From the IMG/VR virus record IMGVR_UViG_3300026488_000246, positions 19,463 to 83,462 of that record: DNA of 64,000 nucleotides, one strand, 5' to 3'. Both the position numbers and the translations under genes were made by a program. Positions 8,966 to 19,279 of this stretch are shown in pieces. The notes under the pieces were generated by a model. The model did not search any database. It was given only the letters and a program-made list of their open reading frames with translations, and was not told the origin of the DNA. This stretch comes from a virus. Taxonomy: Duplodnaviria > Heunggongvirae > Uroviricota > Caudoviricetes. Position 1 is the first letter of the stretch; each line of letters opens with the position of its first letter.

Positions 8966-8971
8966 ATTGTT

Positions 8972-8996
8972 AGGGGCCTTTTTGGTCCCTGTTTTT
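8972..8996 (+). terminator. Rho-independent terminator
   Basis: AGGGGCC-TTTTT-GGTCCCT then GTTTTT. Confidence 0.65.
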
Positions 8997-9015
8997 CAAC
9001 AAAGGGAGGTTCCAA

Positions 9016-9774
9016 ATGAAGACTTTAGTATATGACGAAAAGCAAGTTGAACGATTCTTGGATGAAATTCTTTACAATCCTAACTTTGGTTCAGCAGATA
9101 AGAAACAAATTGAGCTAGAAAATCAGGTTTTCTGTATGTGTTTCACAGCACGCACAAAATACCTTGATGGCAGAGAATCATACAACCTCAAAAACAATGA
9201 GCAATTCTATAAAGCTTTTATTAGACATAAAGACAGGTTCCTTAGAAAACTTTATGAACGAAACCTTGACACAGTATTTGATAGAGATGGAAAACAACTA
9301 CCTATAGAGTGTATGGCTGTCTACATAACTATTAATCCAAGAGATACTTATCAGGCTTTATTCAAGCTGCAAAAGTACTGTCTAGATATAGCTTATAGAA
9401 ATGATACTGCAACAATGAAAAGATTAGATTCTTTAGCATTCAAAAGCTATCATACATCACCGTTAAAACTTGATAGAGTTGTTATTGATTTTGATATAAC
9501 AGAGAAGAATCCGAAATCAGAATCTCGTATGCTGGATCTCTTGAATCCTATTGCTAATTGTCTTTCATGTATTGTTGAAACAAGAGGTGGTTTCCATGTT
9601 TATTTGGACATAAGCAAAGCTGAACCACATGACAAGAAGTATATCTTTCAAGATCTTAGAAAAATTCAATCAGAAGACTTCAAAGAAATTCAAGTTCAAA
9701 CAGACGCAATGGTTGTGATTCCAGGTACTTTACAAGGTGGATTTAAAGTACGGTTCAGAGATGATTTGATTTAA
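9016..9774 (+). CDS. AEP-superfamily (primase-polymerase-like) protein
   Basis: VVIDFDI (DxD), ETRGGFHVYL (sxH) and VIPGT motifs in AEP order. Confidence 0.6.
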   Translation: MKTLVYDEKQVERFLDEILYNPNFGSADKKQIELENQVFCMCFTARTKYLDGRESYNLKNNEQFYKAFIRHKDRFLRKLYERNLDTVFDRDGKQLPIECMAVYITINPRDTYQALFKLQKYCLDIAYRNDTATMKRLDSLAFKSYHTSPLKLDRVVIDFDITEKNPKSESRMLDLLNPIANCLSCIVETRGGFHVYLDISKAEPHDKKYIFQDLRKIQSEDFKEIQVQTDAMVVIPGTLQGGFKVRFRDDLI

Positions 9775-9786
9775 CGGGGGTTCCAA

Positions 9787-10308
9787 ATGATTTTCAAAGA
9801 TATACAATACTTGCTAAAAAATCCAACAGGAAAGATTTCTGATTTACCTGAAAGAATTCGTCAAGAAATCAACAAGTTCAAACATCTTAGTGTGCTTAAG
9901 ATTCGTGGTGAATACTACGAAGCTAACACAGAATATCTTAAGACAATTCAACAGATTAGACAGCAAATGGATAAAATGGAAGTTGTAGCAGAAGGTGTGG
10001 CTTTTGAAGTTTTTGATGAATTCTATGGAGATATGTATAATCAACTTAAGAATGTATTTGAGAAAAACGTCAATGGTATAAAGAATGCTGGTGGTGGGGA
10101 GCTACTTAAAACTTGGATCAGGCTATCTGAATTTGTAGTGCAAGCTGAATCTATTATTCCTTTGAAAGTTTTTGGACGTTTCTGGGCCTTATCTGTTAAC
10201 GACTTCACAATCTATTTGAAACAAGTTAGACTTGATAAAGCTTCAGAGGTTCTACAGGAACTATATCGTCTTGTGGAATCTTACATTCCGAAGTTGGAGG
10301 AGGTATGA
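9787..10308 (+). CDS. Hypothetical protein
   Basis: Operon-like spacing, 173 aa. Confidence 0.7.
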   Translation: MIFKDIQYLLKNPTGKISDLPERIRQEINKFKHLSVLKIRGEYYEANTEYLKTIQQIRQQMDKMEVVAEGVAFEVFDEFYGDMYNQLKNVFEKNVNGIKNAGGGELLKTWIRLSEFVVQAESIIPLKVFGRFWALSVNDFTIYLKQVRLDKASEVLQELYRLVESYIPKLEEV

Positions 10309-10832
10309 TTTATGAAAAACTTGAAACTATTAGTGTGGATCTCCAAAGCATCGAGAATCACATAAATGAGTTTAAGAGGATTACTGATGATACTTTGTTT
10401 GAAAAGATACTGAAGAGACTTTCACCTTCTAAATATCTTAAAAGAAAAGCTGAACGGTTGAAATCCATCAGATTGAAACTTAAATACATGTTTGTTCGAT
10501 TGATGATTTATGATAGACAACTAGATTGGTTGATTAAGTATCTTGAGCATGATATGACTCAAACTAAAGATATTGATGTACAAAGCATATCATCAGAAAG
10601 AGATCAGTTGATTGTCAAAGCTGTTAAAGATCAGGCAGATCAATCTATTCAGATTATGTATGAAAATGCAAAACTTATCAAAGAATCTATAAACGTTACA
10701 TTACAAGTATCCTACAGAGTTCTTAAAGAATTCGTATTTACAGAAGAAGAGATTGAGCATTTAGCACATTTTGATCCACCTAAAATTCCAGAACAGGAAT
10801 TAGAAAACTTAACTTACAAGGAGGTATCATGA
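10305..10832 (+). CDS. Hypothetical coiled-coil protein
   Basis: ATGA overlap with upstream gene, RBS GGAGG. Confidence 0.7.
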   Translation: MIYEKLETISVDLQSIENHINEFKRITDDTLFEKILKRLSPSKYLKRKAERLKSIRLKLKYMFVRLMIYDRQLDWLIKYLEHDMTQTKDIDVQSISSERDQLIVKAVKDQADQSIQIMYENAKLIKESINVTLQVSYRVLKEFVFTEEEIEHLAHFDPPKIPEQELENLTYKEVS

Positions 10833-11200
10833 GCAACAGAAAGAAACTTGAAGAACTGGCTAATCAACTAAAAAGATTAAACAAGGAAAGAGAGTTTGAT
10901 CCAACACCAAACATTGATTTATTCAAGACTAGTACACAAAGATTTCTTGAATTACTTAAGGAGGCTACTTTTGTGCTAAAAGAAACATTTGAAGAACTTA
11001 AGGAGAAAGCTACGATCAAAAGGAAGTATTACGAAATTGAACTTGGGGATGATCTTATACCTGATGATGCAGGTGTTATTGCTATTAAGAATTCAAAAGG
11101 GCAAACAGTAGGTTACATTGTACCGTCTGAACTTGATGATCTTTATGGTGAAGCTTTGGTAACAGCAATCAAAACTTATGTTGACCAACTTAAGAAATAA
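10829..11200 (+). CDS. Hypothetical protein
   Basis: ATGA overlap, RBS GGAGG. Confidence 0.7.
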   Translation: MSNRKKLEELANQLKRLNKEREFDPTPNIDLFKTSTQRFLELLKEATFVLKETFEELKEKATIKRKYYEIELGDDLIPDDAGVIAIKNSKGQTVGYIVPSELDDLYGEALVTAIKTYVDQLKK

Positions 11201-11205
11201 GATGT

Positions 11206-11259
11206 AGGTCCTGGAGCCTCGAAGGCTCTGGGGCCTTTTCTGATATTCATTTTTTTTTT
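11206..11259 (+). terminator. Rho-independent terminator ending the accessory operon
   Basis: 14-bp stem AGGTCCTGGAGCCT/AGGCTCTGGGGCCT with G.U pairs, followed by T-runs. Confidence 0.75.
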
Positions 11260-11271
11260 GCTCTTTCTTGA

Positions 11272-11321
11272 AACCTAACCTAATAACCTTATACAACTTT
11301 ATTACAAAATGAAACGTTTCC
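11272..11321 (+). promoter_or_regulatory. 50-bp conserved upstream motif A, copy 1 (probable phage-specific promoter)
   Basis: AACCTAACCTAATAACCTTATACAACTTTATTACAAAATGAAACGTTTCC directly before RBS of 11338. Confidence 0.75.
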
Positions 11322-11337
11322 AAAGGAGGGTCGTTCA

Positions 11338-12213
11338 ATGATACAACTAGCATTACCACAATCAGAAATCATTCTTCCTGTAACTGGTAAAGCTCTGAGA
11401 GTATTACCTCTGACAGTTAAGCATAAACTTCAAATTGCTGAATCTGAATTGCTTACTATGTCATCCAGACTTAAATTCATATCTGAATTAGCATTTGACA
11501 GAATTGTTGATAAAGATGTTTTTCAAGAAAACTATGAAACATTTCTAAGAAACGTATATGAGCCAGATATAGAAGCAATATACTATGGAGTTATGCAAGC
11601 TACATATAGGAAACCAATACCATTCATCATAACTTGTCCAAAATGTGGTCATGTCAATGAGGTTGAAGTACCTGTTGAGCAACTAATCAAAACTTTGAGA
11701 ATTAATCAAGGTGGACAAGATAAATACTATCTAGAACAGCATAAAGTTGAAATTTCAGAATATGGACTAACATTTGTACTTAAACTTCCATCATTGTACG
11801 ACATCATCAAAGTCTTCAAGTTTGCTGAGCAAAACAATTTCAACTTCCTTAAAGAATCTGTTAAAGCAGAATCATTTGAGGATTTGATGCTTAAACTATC
11901 ACCTTATGCTATACTATCTGGTTTGATTATGATTCAAACCTCAGATGGACAAGTAGTAAAGAATGATACATCAAGTATTGCTCTAATGAATGAATGTCTT
12001 GAAGTTTTGCTCAGTCTAACGGAAGATATTCTATCGGAAGTGCATGAATTTCTAGTTAAACTCAAAGGTAAGTATGCTTATGAGTTTGGATTCCAATATA
12101 TCTGTCAAAATCCAAATTGTGAATCATTTAACAATAGAGAATATCAAGAAGCTACTGTCGACATCCTGAACCAGTTTTTTCCTATCCCCATTGAAAAGTT
12201 ATTACAAGAGTAA
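11338..12213 (+). CDS. T4 gp26-like baseplate hub / tail assembly chaperone
   Basis: LPVTGKALRVLPLTVK, DIEAIYY, CPKCGHVNEVEV, LKLPS pattern; first gene of tail module. Confidence 0.65.
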   Translation: MIQLALPQSEIILPVTGKALRVLPLTVKHKLQIAESELLTMSSRLKFISELAFDRIVDKDVFQENYETFLRNVYEPDIEAIYYGVMQATYRKPIPFIITCPKCGHVNEVEVPVEQLIKTLRINQGGQDKYYLEQHKVEISEYGLTFVLKLPSLYDIIKVFKFAEQNNFNFLKESVKAESFEDLMLKLSPYAILSGLIMIQTSDGQVVKNDTSSIALMNECLEVLLSLTEDILSEVHEFLVKLKGKYAYEFGFQYICQNPNCESFNNREYQEATVDILNQFFPIPIEKLLQE

Positions 12214-12490
12214 TGAATTAAGAACCACCATTCTTCAGCTTGTATACTTCTTATCTGTTGAACCTAAATTCATCTATGAATTAACAATGGACCAACTAAC
12301 AGATCTTATGGAAGGTATAAAGGATTTAGAAGAACAGTATGGTATCATTGCTAAAAAAGTAGATGAGCATAAGATTAAGGAAAAATCAAGCAAACTTACT
12401 ATAGATCATAGAAACGCTGAGCATATGATTGATGCTGTTAAAGGTATAGCTGAAACATATGAGCATGCAAAGAAAACGAGGAAACTATAA
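12191..12490 (+). CDS. gp51-like / chaperone C-terminal partner, possibly reached by frameshift from the upstream gene
   Basis: TTG start without RBS, 23-nt overlap, T6C run in the shared open window. Confidence 0.5.
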   Translation: MKSYYKSNELRTTILQLVYFLSVEPKFIYELTMDQLTDLMEGIKDLEEQYGIIAKKVDEHKIKEKSSKLTIDHRNAEHMIDAVKGIAETYEHAKKTRKL

Positions 12491-12906
12491 TGAGTGAAAT
12501 ATTTGATTACGGTTTTTCTCCTCAGGAGGATGTGAGAGGATTATCGCCTACCACCTCTCCTCCTCCACTTTGTATTTTCACTCAAGGTTTAGATCTGCTC
12601 TATGACAAGATAATGAATGTACTCATGCAAAGGTCAACAGGTATATTCTATGATAGAAACTTCAAATCAGAATTAGAATCTGTTCCATTTGAGCAAGATT
12701 CTGATGAAACTAAAGAGCAGATCAAAAACATTATCTATACATCATTGACAACTAACATTGAAAATCTTACAATCGATAATATCAACATCATAGCAGAAAA
12801 ACGAGATTTTGGTGTTGTTTATACAATTGAGATAAGAATAAGATACAATCAAAAACTACAAACTTTGAAGCTTAAGCTTGATAAATATGGTCTTACGGTA
12901 GGTTAG
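12490..12906 (+). CDS. gp25-like baseplate wedge protein
   Basis: Size and FEQ..IK..I...IENL.IDNINI..VYTIEIRIRY pattern in a baseplate operon. Confidence 0.6.
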   Translation: MSEIFDYGFSPQEDVRGLSPTTSPPPLCIFTQGLDLLYDKIMNVLMQRSTGIFYDRNFKSELESVPFEQDSDETKEQIKNIIYTSLTTNIENLTIDNINIIAEKRDFGVVYTIEIRIRYNQKLQTLKLKLDKYGLTVG

Positions 12907-12911
12907 AAGTT

Positions 12912-13862
12912 ATGATATATCGAACAATCTACGGAAGTAACCTTATATCCGAATATCTTGATTTAGTTTACAATAGATACATACTCACTCAGCCAGGAAT
13001 CTTAACAAACTATTACAATTTTGATCCAGATAATTCTATCTATGATGAAACCAATCAGGTTACTTATGGAACACCTGGTGGAGAATTGAGTGGTATCAAA
13101 TATACATTAATTCATAATCTTTATCTCCCATTTGGTATGAGGACTCAAAAACAAGAAATTGACAATCAAGAGAAAGGTGTCAATGCATATGATACTAACT
13201 TTCAAATATTTCTACCATCAGTTTATCATATAAGACCATTCAGGTATGATTTAGTAGCTTTTAGACCAGACCCACAAGGTGATACTCAGGTATTTCAAGT
13301 TGCTGGTATTGAAGAATCAACTCTTTCCAATAATCCGAGAAACTTTGGGTGGTATCTAAATCTTAAACCAACCTACCTTAAAGAAGACCAAATTCATATA
13401 AGCAAAGAAAAAGCTTTCGATATTACAACCAATACGATTCAAGATATCGATGTATACAACAAAAGGTTGAAACTTTTCATATTAGCAGACAAACTAAACA
13501 AGAAATTAAGGTCATATTACAATGAAATAGTTAATAGCTTCATTGATGAAATGAATCAAATCTACAAAGGTTTTGAAAATCTGATTATAGACGTCAGACC
13601 TTACATACAGAAATATTTTGTGGATCAAAACTGGCTTTATTTTTCTAAGAAAGATTCAAACTTTGATAAGAATTGGCAAACATTTTTGCTCACTAAGAAT
13701 CCAGAGGTTCTTGGATTGGATAAAAGTACACCTTTTGATCCAACAAACATTGAAACTAAAACACCTCCAGAACCAGAAATGGTTGATACTTTATCATTGC
13801 TAGATACATTCATTTTCGTATACAAACTAAAACATTGGTTAGAGGGAGAATATGATGAATAA
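12912..13862 (+). CDS. Virion structural protein (neck/head-closure-like)
   Basis: Position in structural operon; NYYNFD..SIYDE..YG motif. Confidence 0.4.
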   Translation: MIYRTIYGSNLISEYLDLVYNRYILTQPGILTNYYNFDPDNSIYDETNQVTYGTPGGELSGIKYTLIHNLYLPFGMRTQKQEIDNQEKGVNAYDTNFQIFLPSVYHIRPFRYDLVAFRPDPQGDTQVFQVAGIEESTLSNNPRNFGWYLNLKPTYLKEDQIHISKEKAFDITTNTIQDIDVYNKRLKLFILADKLNKKLRSYYNEIVNSFIDEMNQIYKGFENLIIDVRPYIQKYFVDQNWLYFSKKDSNFDKNWQTFLLTKNPEVLGLDKSTPFDPTNIETKTPPEPEMVDTLSLLDTFIFVYKLKHWLEGEYDE

Positions 13863-14496
13863 GGAAGTTAGAAAGGTGAAAATTTTTGATAGACAACTAA
13901 ACAAAGATAAAATGAAATCTTTAGCTGGTGAAGTTCATATTAAGGTTATCGATAAAGATGGTAACATTATTGATACTAAGAAACAAAACACTGTTGTAAT
14001 AGCTGGTAGAAATGCTATGATGCAAAAAATGACCGGTATTACTTACACTATTCAAGATGATGCTGGAAATAACATAACCGATGCAAAAGACTATGTATTG
14101 AATTTCTTTGCAGTTGGTTCAGGTGGTGCTCCAACTTCTGATCCATTTAATCCTACATCCCCTAATCAGAATGATTACAAGCTTGCAAACTATGTATATA
14201 TTTCTGACCCAAATGAACATGTAGCTAATGATAAGATTCATAAGCTTATTGATAGCAAGACATTCAAGAATTCTACAACATTACTTGTTGCTTTTACACT
14301 AGATTTCAATGAAGCAAATCCAAAACAAGCTGGAAATGGTGACAGAGTTTTCATAAATGAAGCTGGATTATTTCTAACTACAACAACAGATACAACTTCT
14401 GTAGATTCGTTCATTATGCTTACAAGAGCTACTTTTTCAACGGTGGAGAAAACACCTGATAGGAAGTTGGAGTTTGAATGGTTCATCTATTTCTAA
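13852..14496 (+). CDS. Baseplate / tail-fibre attachment protein
   Basis: NTVVIAGRNAM, FAVGSGG, INEAGLF, RATFSTVEK..LEFEWFIYF pattern of tail-collar/baseplate domains. Confidence 0.65.
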   Translation: MMNKEVRKVKIFDRQLNKDKMKSLAGEVHIKVIDKDGNIIDTKKQNTVVIAGRNAMMQKMTGITYTIQDDAGNNITDAKDYVLNFFAVGSGGAPTSDPFNPTSPNQNDYKLANYVYISDPNEHVANDKIHKLIDSKTFKNSTTLLVAFTLDFNEANPKQAGNGDRVFINEAGLFLTTTTDTTSVDSFIMLTRATFSTVEKTPDRKLEFEWFIYF

Positions 14497-14508
14497 GAGG
14501 GTTTACAA

Positions 14509-17265
14509 ATGAAATTCGATAAGGATATACTGCATCTCTATGAGAAACTAATACGGGATCCTAGTTTGGATCCCGTATTCGAATCACTTTATCTTTCTGC
14601 AAAAGGTAAGTTTCAAGATCTTTTTGATAAAGTGTTTACTATAGATCATTACGAAGATGTTTCAGAGTCTTATAGAAAACTCAAAGAATTTTTCATAGAT
14701 AGGTATGCTAAACTCTATGCTCTTGCTTCTTATACAAATAGAAAGCATACACCTTTAATGCAACTTCCAGAATTTGCAGTTGACTCAATCTTTGAAACAT
14801 TAGGGTTCTCTTTTCATAAGCAATTGAAATACGATGATAAGAAGTTAATTGTTCAGAGTATTGTTGAATTAATTCAAACCAAAGGAAGTAAGAGTCTTGA
14901 ATATGTATTGCAAATACTTCTTAGATATACGGACATAGAGCTCATAGATCTTGATTTAGTATTAGATTCAAATGGTAACTGGAACTTAATCAATCCGAAA
15001 ACAGGTTTTAGATATAGAATTCATCAAATACAAGATAACCATTGGTTAACGGATCTGGAGTTACTAAAGAAAAGAGTTAAATCTCAATCTCTTCCCTCTC
15101 AGTTTAGAACACCATTCTTTACATTAACAGCAAACAAAGTTAACCCTGATGATGTGACTACCATAATCTTATTCATCAATATACTTGTAAGAAATGAACT
15201 GCGAGAGTATTTGAAAACTGGAACATTCAGAAGCCAAATCTTTCTAGATGCATTTGACATAGCCATATCTTTAACTGAATTATGGTTGTTTGTTGTCAGT
15301 ATGTATTCAACATACATTAAGCTTACAGTTGGTGAAGATTATCTAGCTTCCCATCCTGACAGTTTAGTCGTTTTTGATGAAGATATAGAAACTAAAACTG
15401 ATGTATTTAATGCAGTCTCACAGATATCAAATCAACAGCTAAAAGAACTGACTTATGAATTTTTCATGAAAAACTATGATAGACTTGAAGATGTAACTTA
15501 TGAAGAATTTGATTCTTATCTAGCTTCCACATGGGATGATTATTATGCTCTTGAAGAAGGAGTTAGAAAATCTTACATAGGTTCAGCATTTTTCTATCTG
15601 AAACTTAGTAAACACAAAATGGCTCAGTTTTACATAGAGCATCTTTGGAAACAATTGACACGTCTTCCTAAAGACTACATCGAGAAATATGTTTCATGTT
15701 TGGAAGACCCGTCAAAAGGTCTACTATACGTATTTTATGACCATTTTACAAAGAATTGGAACGATAAATCTTCAGAAATTGTGCAAAAAATCATCAAAAA
15801 TGCTGAAGGTCAACTAAGCTTAATCAATCCTAAGCTTGTTAAGTTCAAAGATAAGATTGTTGAAAAGTATAATGATGGTGAAATAACAGCCGATGATATA
15901 CAGAAACTCATAGCTTATTTTTTGCTAAAGCTTGCTGAATATCTTTTCAAACAATATGTCATAAAGTTTCCAATTGACATATATTTTGGTATTGCTTTAA
16001 ACTTCTATACTAAGGACATATTAGAAAGGACAATAGACGAGTTAAAGCCAGCATATGCAAGACCTGTCTTTGGTACTAATGTAACAAAGTTTGAGTACGA
16101 TAATCCTCTTCTAGAATCGATTAGATATCTTTTAGAAGACTTAATGGTTCTACTTCAGAAGTTATATGATGCACAAAAGTTTTCAGAATCAACCAAAATA
16201 ACACTTAAGTTTGTATTTGCTGATTTGCTAAACAACTTTAGTCATGTTTATAAGTTTTTTGACCCAAATTTTGCTACAAATATATTGAATCAAGGAAAGG
16301 TTATTAAAGTTAACTGTTGTAATACTCTAGATCCATATTGTTTATCAACTTACAAAGATTTACGAGATAAATGGTTATGCTGTAATGATGAAAGAGTTAC
16401 ATCCTGTAATTGGTGTCTGTCAGAAGAAGAGGAAAAACGTCTTGCATTTTACAACCAATCTGTTTATGAAGAAGCTATCTGCAATATGCTTCCTGAATCA
16501 GATATACAGTTTAAGAAAGTAATAGCTGAAAACCCAAGATGCATACAAAACTGTATGTATGATGGAGTTTACAATAAGAGTACTTATAACGAATCTGTTT
16601 ACGATACATCTTCAAGTTCATCTGAAGATTGCAATCAAAACTACATACATGACGGTTCTCTCATACAAACAATGAGATATTGGACACAGAAGAATCTTCC
16701 AATACATGACACATACAATGAAGCTATCTTTGATTACTCACTTTATAACAATGATAAAACAAAAGAAAACAAAATCAAGATCTATGGTTACGTAGAACTA
16801 TCAACCTTAGAATATACAGATTTCGTTTATGACTATTCTGATGATAAATATCATCCATTCAATACAACATACTTTGATAAGTATGAAATCCTTCTGAATG
16901 ATGAAATCGAAAATTGGTTATTGGATGCAATACAAGATAGACCATCCTATTCAGTCCTTAACATAATAGATGATCTTAAGAATCACCCAATCCTATCATA
17001 TCTTATGGTTCATGGAGAAATCCTTAATCAAATAGTAAAACAGAAGTTTCAAGAAACACTTACATACAACGATAAGTGCACTATCGTTAACCAGTTAATA
17101 AGATTCAAAAGTATCTTTGCATATACAGAGAAGCAGCAAATTCTATTAAATGGTTTACTTTCCGATAAAGTCCAAACTAACGACTATCTTTGGATATATG
17201 GCGTAGGACAAGGACTCTATGACGACTTAGCATCACGCTATGATATCGCGACTGTATATTCGTAG
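14509..17265 (+). CDS. Large baseplate wedge-like structural protein
   Basis: LIQTKGSKSLEYVL motif near N-terminus, Cys-rich and YN/YD-repeat C-terminal region; between baseplate genes and sheath. Confidence 0.5.
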   Translation: MKFDKDILHLYEKLIRDPSLDPVFESLYLSAKGKFQDLFDKVFTIDHYEDVSESYRKLKEFFIDRYAKLYALASYTNRKHTPLMQLPEFAVDSIFETLGFSFHKQLKYDDKKLIVQSIVELIQTKGSKSLEYVLQILLRYTDIELIDLDLVLDSNGNWNLINPKTGFRYRIHQIQDNHWLTDLELLKKRVKSQSLPSQFRTPFFTLTANKVNPDDVTTIILFINILVRNELREYLKTGTFRSQIFLDAFDIAISLTELWLFVVSMYSTYIKLTVGEDYLASHPDSLVVFDEDIETKTDVFNAVSQISNQQLKELTYEFFMKNYDRLEDVTYEEFDSYLASTWDDYYALEEGVRKSYIGSAFFYLKLSKHKMAQFYIEHLWKQLTRLPKDYIEKYVSCLEDPSKGLLYVFYDHFTKNWNDKSSEIVQKIIKNAEGQLSLINPKLVKFKDKIVEKYNDGEITADDIQKLIAYFLLKLAEYLFKQYVIKFPIDIYFGIALNFYTKDILERTIDELKPAYARPVFGTNVTKFEYDNPLLESIRYLLEDLMVLLQKLYDAQKFSESTKITLKFVFADLLNNFSHVYKFFDPNFATNILNQGKVIKVNCCNTLDPYCLSTYKDLRDKWLCCNDERVTSCNWCLSEEEEKRLAFYNQSVYEEAICNMLPESDIQFKKVIAENPRCIQNCMYDGVYNKSTYNESVYDTSSSSSEDCNQNYIHDGSLIQTMRYWTQKNLPIHDTYNEAIFDYSLYNNDKTKENKIKIYGYVELSTLEYTDFVYDYSDDKYHPFNTTYFDKYEILLNDEIENWLLDAIQDRPSYSVLNIIDDLKNHPILSYLMVHGEILNQIVKQKFQETLTYNDKCTIVNQLIRFKSIFAYTEKQQILLNGLLSDKVQTNDYLWIYGVGQGLYDDLASRYDIATVYS

Positions 17266-17314
17266 AACAAGTTAATAGACTTTAATCGTTAACTCTGTGG
17301 AGGAACAGATCAAA

Positions 17315-19213
17315 ATGATAGTTGGAAATACGGCAGGAGTTTTCAGACAAATCATAGACCAATCTCAATATCCAGAATCTATAGGAGTTAGCACATCAGC
17401 TGCTATTGCATTTACATCAGAAAGAGGAATTGACAACACATGGGTTCTGATTTCTGGTGGACCAAAAGAGTTGCTTGAGACATTTGGACAGTTAGATGTA
17501 GTAAAAGAAGGACAAGCTTACCTCAATGCATATAGATTCAGCTCTGTTTCTGGCGCTCTCTATGCTATGAGAGTACTTCCAAACGCTGATGATTCAGGCA
17601 TTACAAACCCTGCAAAATTTGCTCATATAGTGCTAACAATTGCAAAAGATGCAGATCATAGTGAAATTCAAACTGTGCTTCCAATCTACTATAACAAAGA
17701 TAAAACAACATCCAATACCGTAAATGATGACAAAAGAAAAGATGCCCCTACAAGATTTACGTCTTTAAAATTCACATTGCCAGACGGTTCTACAACTAAC
17801 ACTAATATTTATGAGTATATTGCATCAAACTTCACATTAGATGATACTGAGAAGTCAGACATACAGAATGATACAAACCTGAAAGCTGCATTTCTTGACC
17901 CAAAAGGAATAAGCGAGTTAGACCCAACCTTGATTCCATTCACCATATTCTATGCAATTGGTAGAGGTGATTGGTATAACAAGATAGGACTAAGAATAAC
18001 AGCAGTTCCTAATGAACCTGAGGTATTCTTACTAGAAGTATATGTTAACACTGATAATGGACCTATGACTGTTGAATCATTTTACGTTTCTTGGAATCCA
18101 TCCATTGTAGATGGAACAGGAGAAACTAAGTTTGTTGATCATGTAGTTAACACATACTCAAGATATATTAGATGTATGACAAACAAAGATCTTCTTCCTA
18201 TATTGAATGCTCCATCTTCCACAACTGTAGATGGTAGAACTCTCACAGTAATAGAAGATATCCTAAGAAATACAGCTTTTGCTATCGATACGTACAATAC
18301 ATCTAGCCCATTGTATGATTTTCAACTCATGTATGGAACTGATGGTGATCTTTATCAGAACGGAATTCTTAACAGGACTGTTTACACTCAATGTCTTCTT
18401 AATGCTTATAATGGATCATATGATGGTAGTATCTTGAATAAAGAAGAAATCGTAATTGACTTACTTATAGATGCAAATCATGATATATCTGTAAAACAAG
18501 CAATGGTAAATCTTGCAAAGAAGCGTGGAGATTGTTTCGTCGTTCTTGATTTACTACCTGCAGGAGATGTTAATGGAATACTAGATACAATGAAGACTAA
18601 GTTTGGTTGGCTCAATACTTGGATGGCTGCTATTTATGCTCCATTTACAATCATTAAAGATCCTACAACTGGTCAAGAGATTAAAGCATCTCCATCTTAT
18701 CATGCATGTTACATCTATCCATTAAATGATCAAGCTGGATTCTGGAAAGCCCCTGCAGGTTTAAACAGAGGAACACTCACAGATGTTGTAAGACCTGTAG
18801 TTGACATACCAGCATTACCAGATGTGCTTGAAAAACTATACAACAATAGGATTAACCCAATCGTTAAGAAACGTGGAGTCTATGTATTCTATGGTAATGA
18901 AACAACACAAAGAATTTCCTCTGCATTATCAGATATTAATGTTGTAAGGACACTCTTAAAGTTAGACAGAGATATTAGCAAATTCTGTGATGAATTCATT
19001 TTCGAAGATAACACACCTGATACCTGGTTGAAAATCGAAGAAGGCATAAGAGAGATACTTGCTAGATATAAGAAAGAAGGAGCTCTTTACTGGTACGACT
19101 TAGAAGTAGGTGCTACAGAATACGAAATCAAACATCATATCGTTCATGTAAACGTTTATGTTAAGGTCGTAAAAACAATCAAAGCTGTAAACCTTGTTTA
19201 CACAGTTAAGTAA
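17315..19213 (+). CDS. Contractile tail sheath protein
   Basis: FTSERG, WKAPAGLNRG, LYNNRINPI, FYGNET, INVVRTL, FIFEDN motifs; RBS GGAGG before ATG 17315. Confidence 0.92.
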   Translation: MIVGNTAGVFRQIIDQSQYPESIGVSTSAAIAFTSERGIDNTWVLISGGPKELLETFGQLDVVKEGQAYLNAYRFSSVSGALYAMRVLPNADDSGITNPAKFAHIVLTIAKDADHSEIQTVLPIYYNKDKTTSNTVNDDKRKDAPTRFTSLKFTLPDGSTTNTNIYEYIASNFTLDDTEKSDIQNDTNLKAAFLDPKGISELDPTLIPFTIFYAIGRGDWYNKIGLRITAVPNEPEVFLLEVYVNTDNGPMTVESFYVSWNPSIVDGTGETKFVDHVVNTYSRYIRCMTNKDLLPILNAPSSTTVDGRTLTVIEDILRNTAFAIDTYNTSSPLYDFQLMYGTDGDLYQNGILNRTVYTQCLLNAYNGSYDGSILNKEEIVIDLLIDANHDISVKQAMVNLAKKRGDCFVVLDLLPAGDVNGILDTMKTKFGWLNTWMAAIYAPFTIIKDPTTGQEIKASPSYHACYIYPLNDQAGFWKAPAGLNRGTLTDVVRPVVDIPALPDVLEKLYNNRINPIVKKRGVYVFYGNETTQRISSALSDINVVRTLLKLDRDISKFCDEFIFEDNTPDTWLKIEEGIREILARYKKEGALYWYDLEVGATEYEIKHHIVHVNVYVKVVKTIKAVNLVYTVK

Positions 19214-19220
19214 ACAATGA

Positions 19221-19254
19221 TGGAGACCTAGGTGAATAGCTGCCTAGGTCTCCA
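19221..19254 (+). terminator. Intergenic hairpin after sheath gene
   Basis: TGGAGACCTAGG / CCTAGGTCTCCA 12-bp stem. Confidence 0.65.
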
Positions 19255-19279
19255 TATCCTTTTATCGAGGGTGGTTAAA

